DNA of 63,958 nt, the filler included, from Vicugna vicugna (taxonomy: Eukaryota), in the NCBI GenBank assembly GCA_013265495.1. It is 78 parts of 76 records of this genome, joined end to end, with 100 filler letters (N's around TTAATTAATTAA, not from the genome) between each part and the next. Parts side by side here need not be neighbours in the genome. Positions count along the whole stretch, not along the records: positions 63,908 to 63,958 come from MU058799.1; 77 more parts are not named here. One strand, 5' to 3'. Positions within the stretch are counted from its first letter, which is position 1; the number at the start of each line of letters is the position of its first letter. Of this stretch, positions 63,908 through 63,958 are shown piece by piece. The notes under the pieces are model-generated. The model worked only from the letters and a program-made list of their open reading frames with translations, was not told the DNA's origin and did no database searches. Both the position numbers and the translations under genes were made by a program.

Positions 63908-63958
63908 AGCGTTTGGGTTCTAACTGAAAGCCTACGCTCGTCTCCCCTGAGGGTTTTC
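63908..63958. repeat. Satellite A fragment
   Basis: gggttctaactgaaagcctacgctcgtctcccctgagggttttc. Confidence 0.9.

Overview
This window is not a contiguous locus. It is about 78 short (0.2-1.8 kb), often gapped assembly fragments joined by an artificial 100-nt spacer (44 N + TTAATTAATTAA + 44 N; about 77 copies), as in a concatenated 'unplaced scaffolds' pseudo-molecule. The DNA is eutherian (LINE-1, MIR, L2, MaLR/ERVL LTRs). The L1 sequence style suggests an artiodactyl, possibly a camelid; this is inference and was not verified. About 29 fragments are satellite DNA in five families: A (GC/CpG-rich, ~267 bp), B (diverged multimeric relative of A), C (~249 bp), D (AT-rich ~740-bp trimer whose subunits align to C) and E (7-bp AGAATAT-type). 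The rest is L1 fragments, LTR/MIR/L2 relics, a few repeated non-satellite segments and unique DNA. No intact protein-coding gene, RNA gene or CRISPR array is supported, and nearly all listed ORFs are N read-throughs or translated repeats. I found no new protein-based system. The most interesting signal is satellite architecture: two superfamilies (A/B and C/D), each present as a homogeneous monomeric form and a diverged higher-order form.
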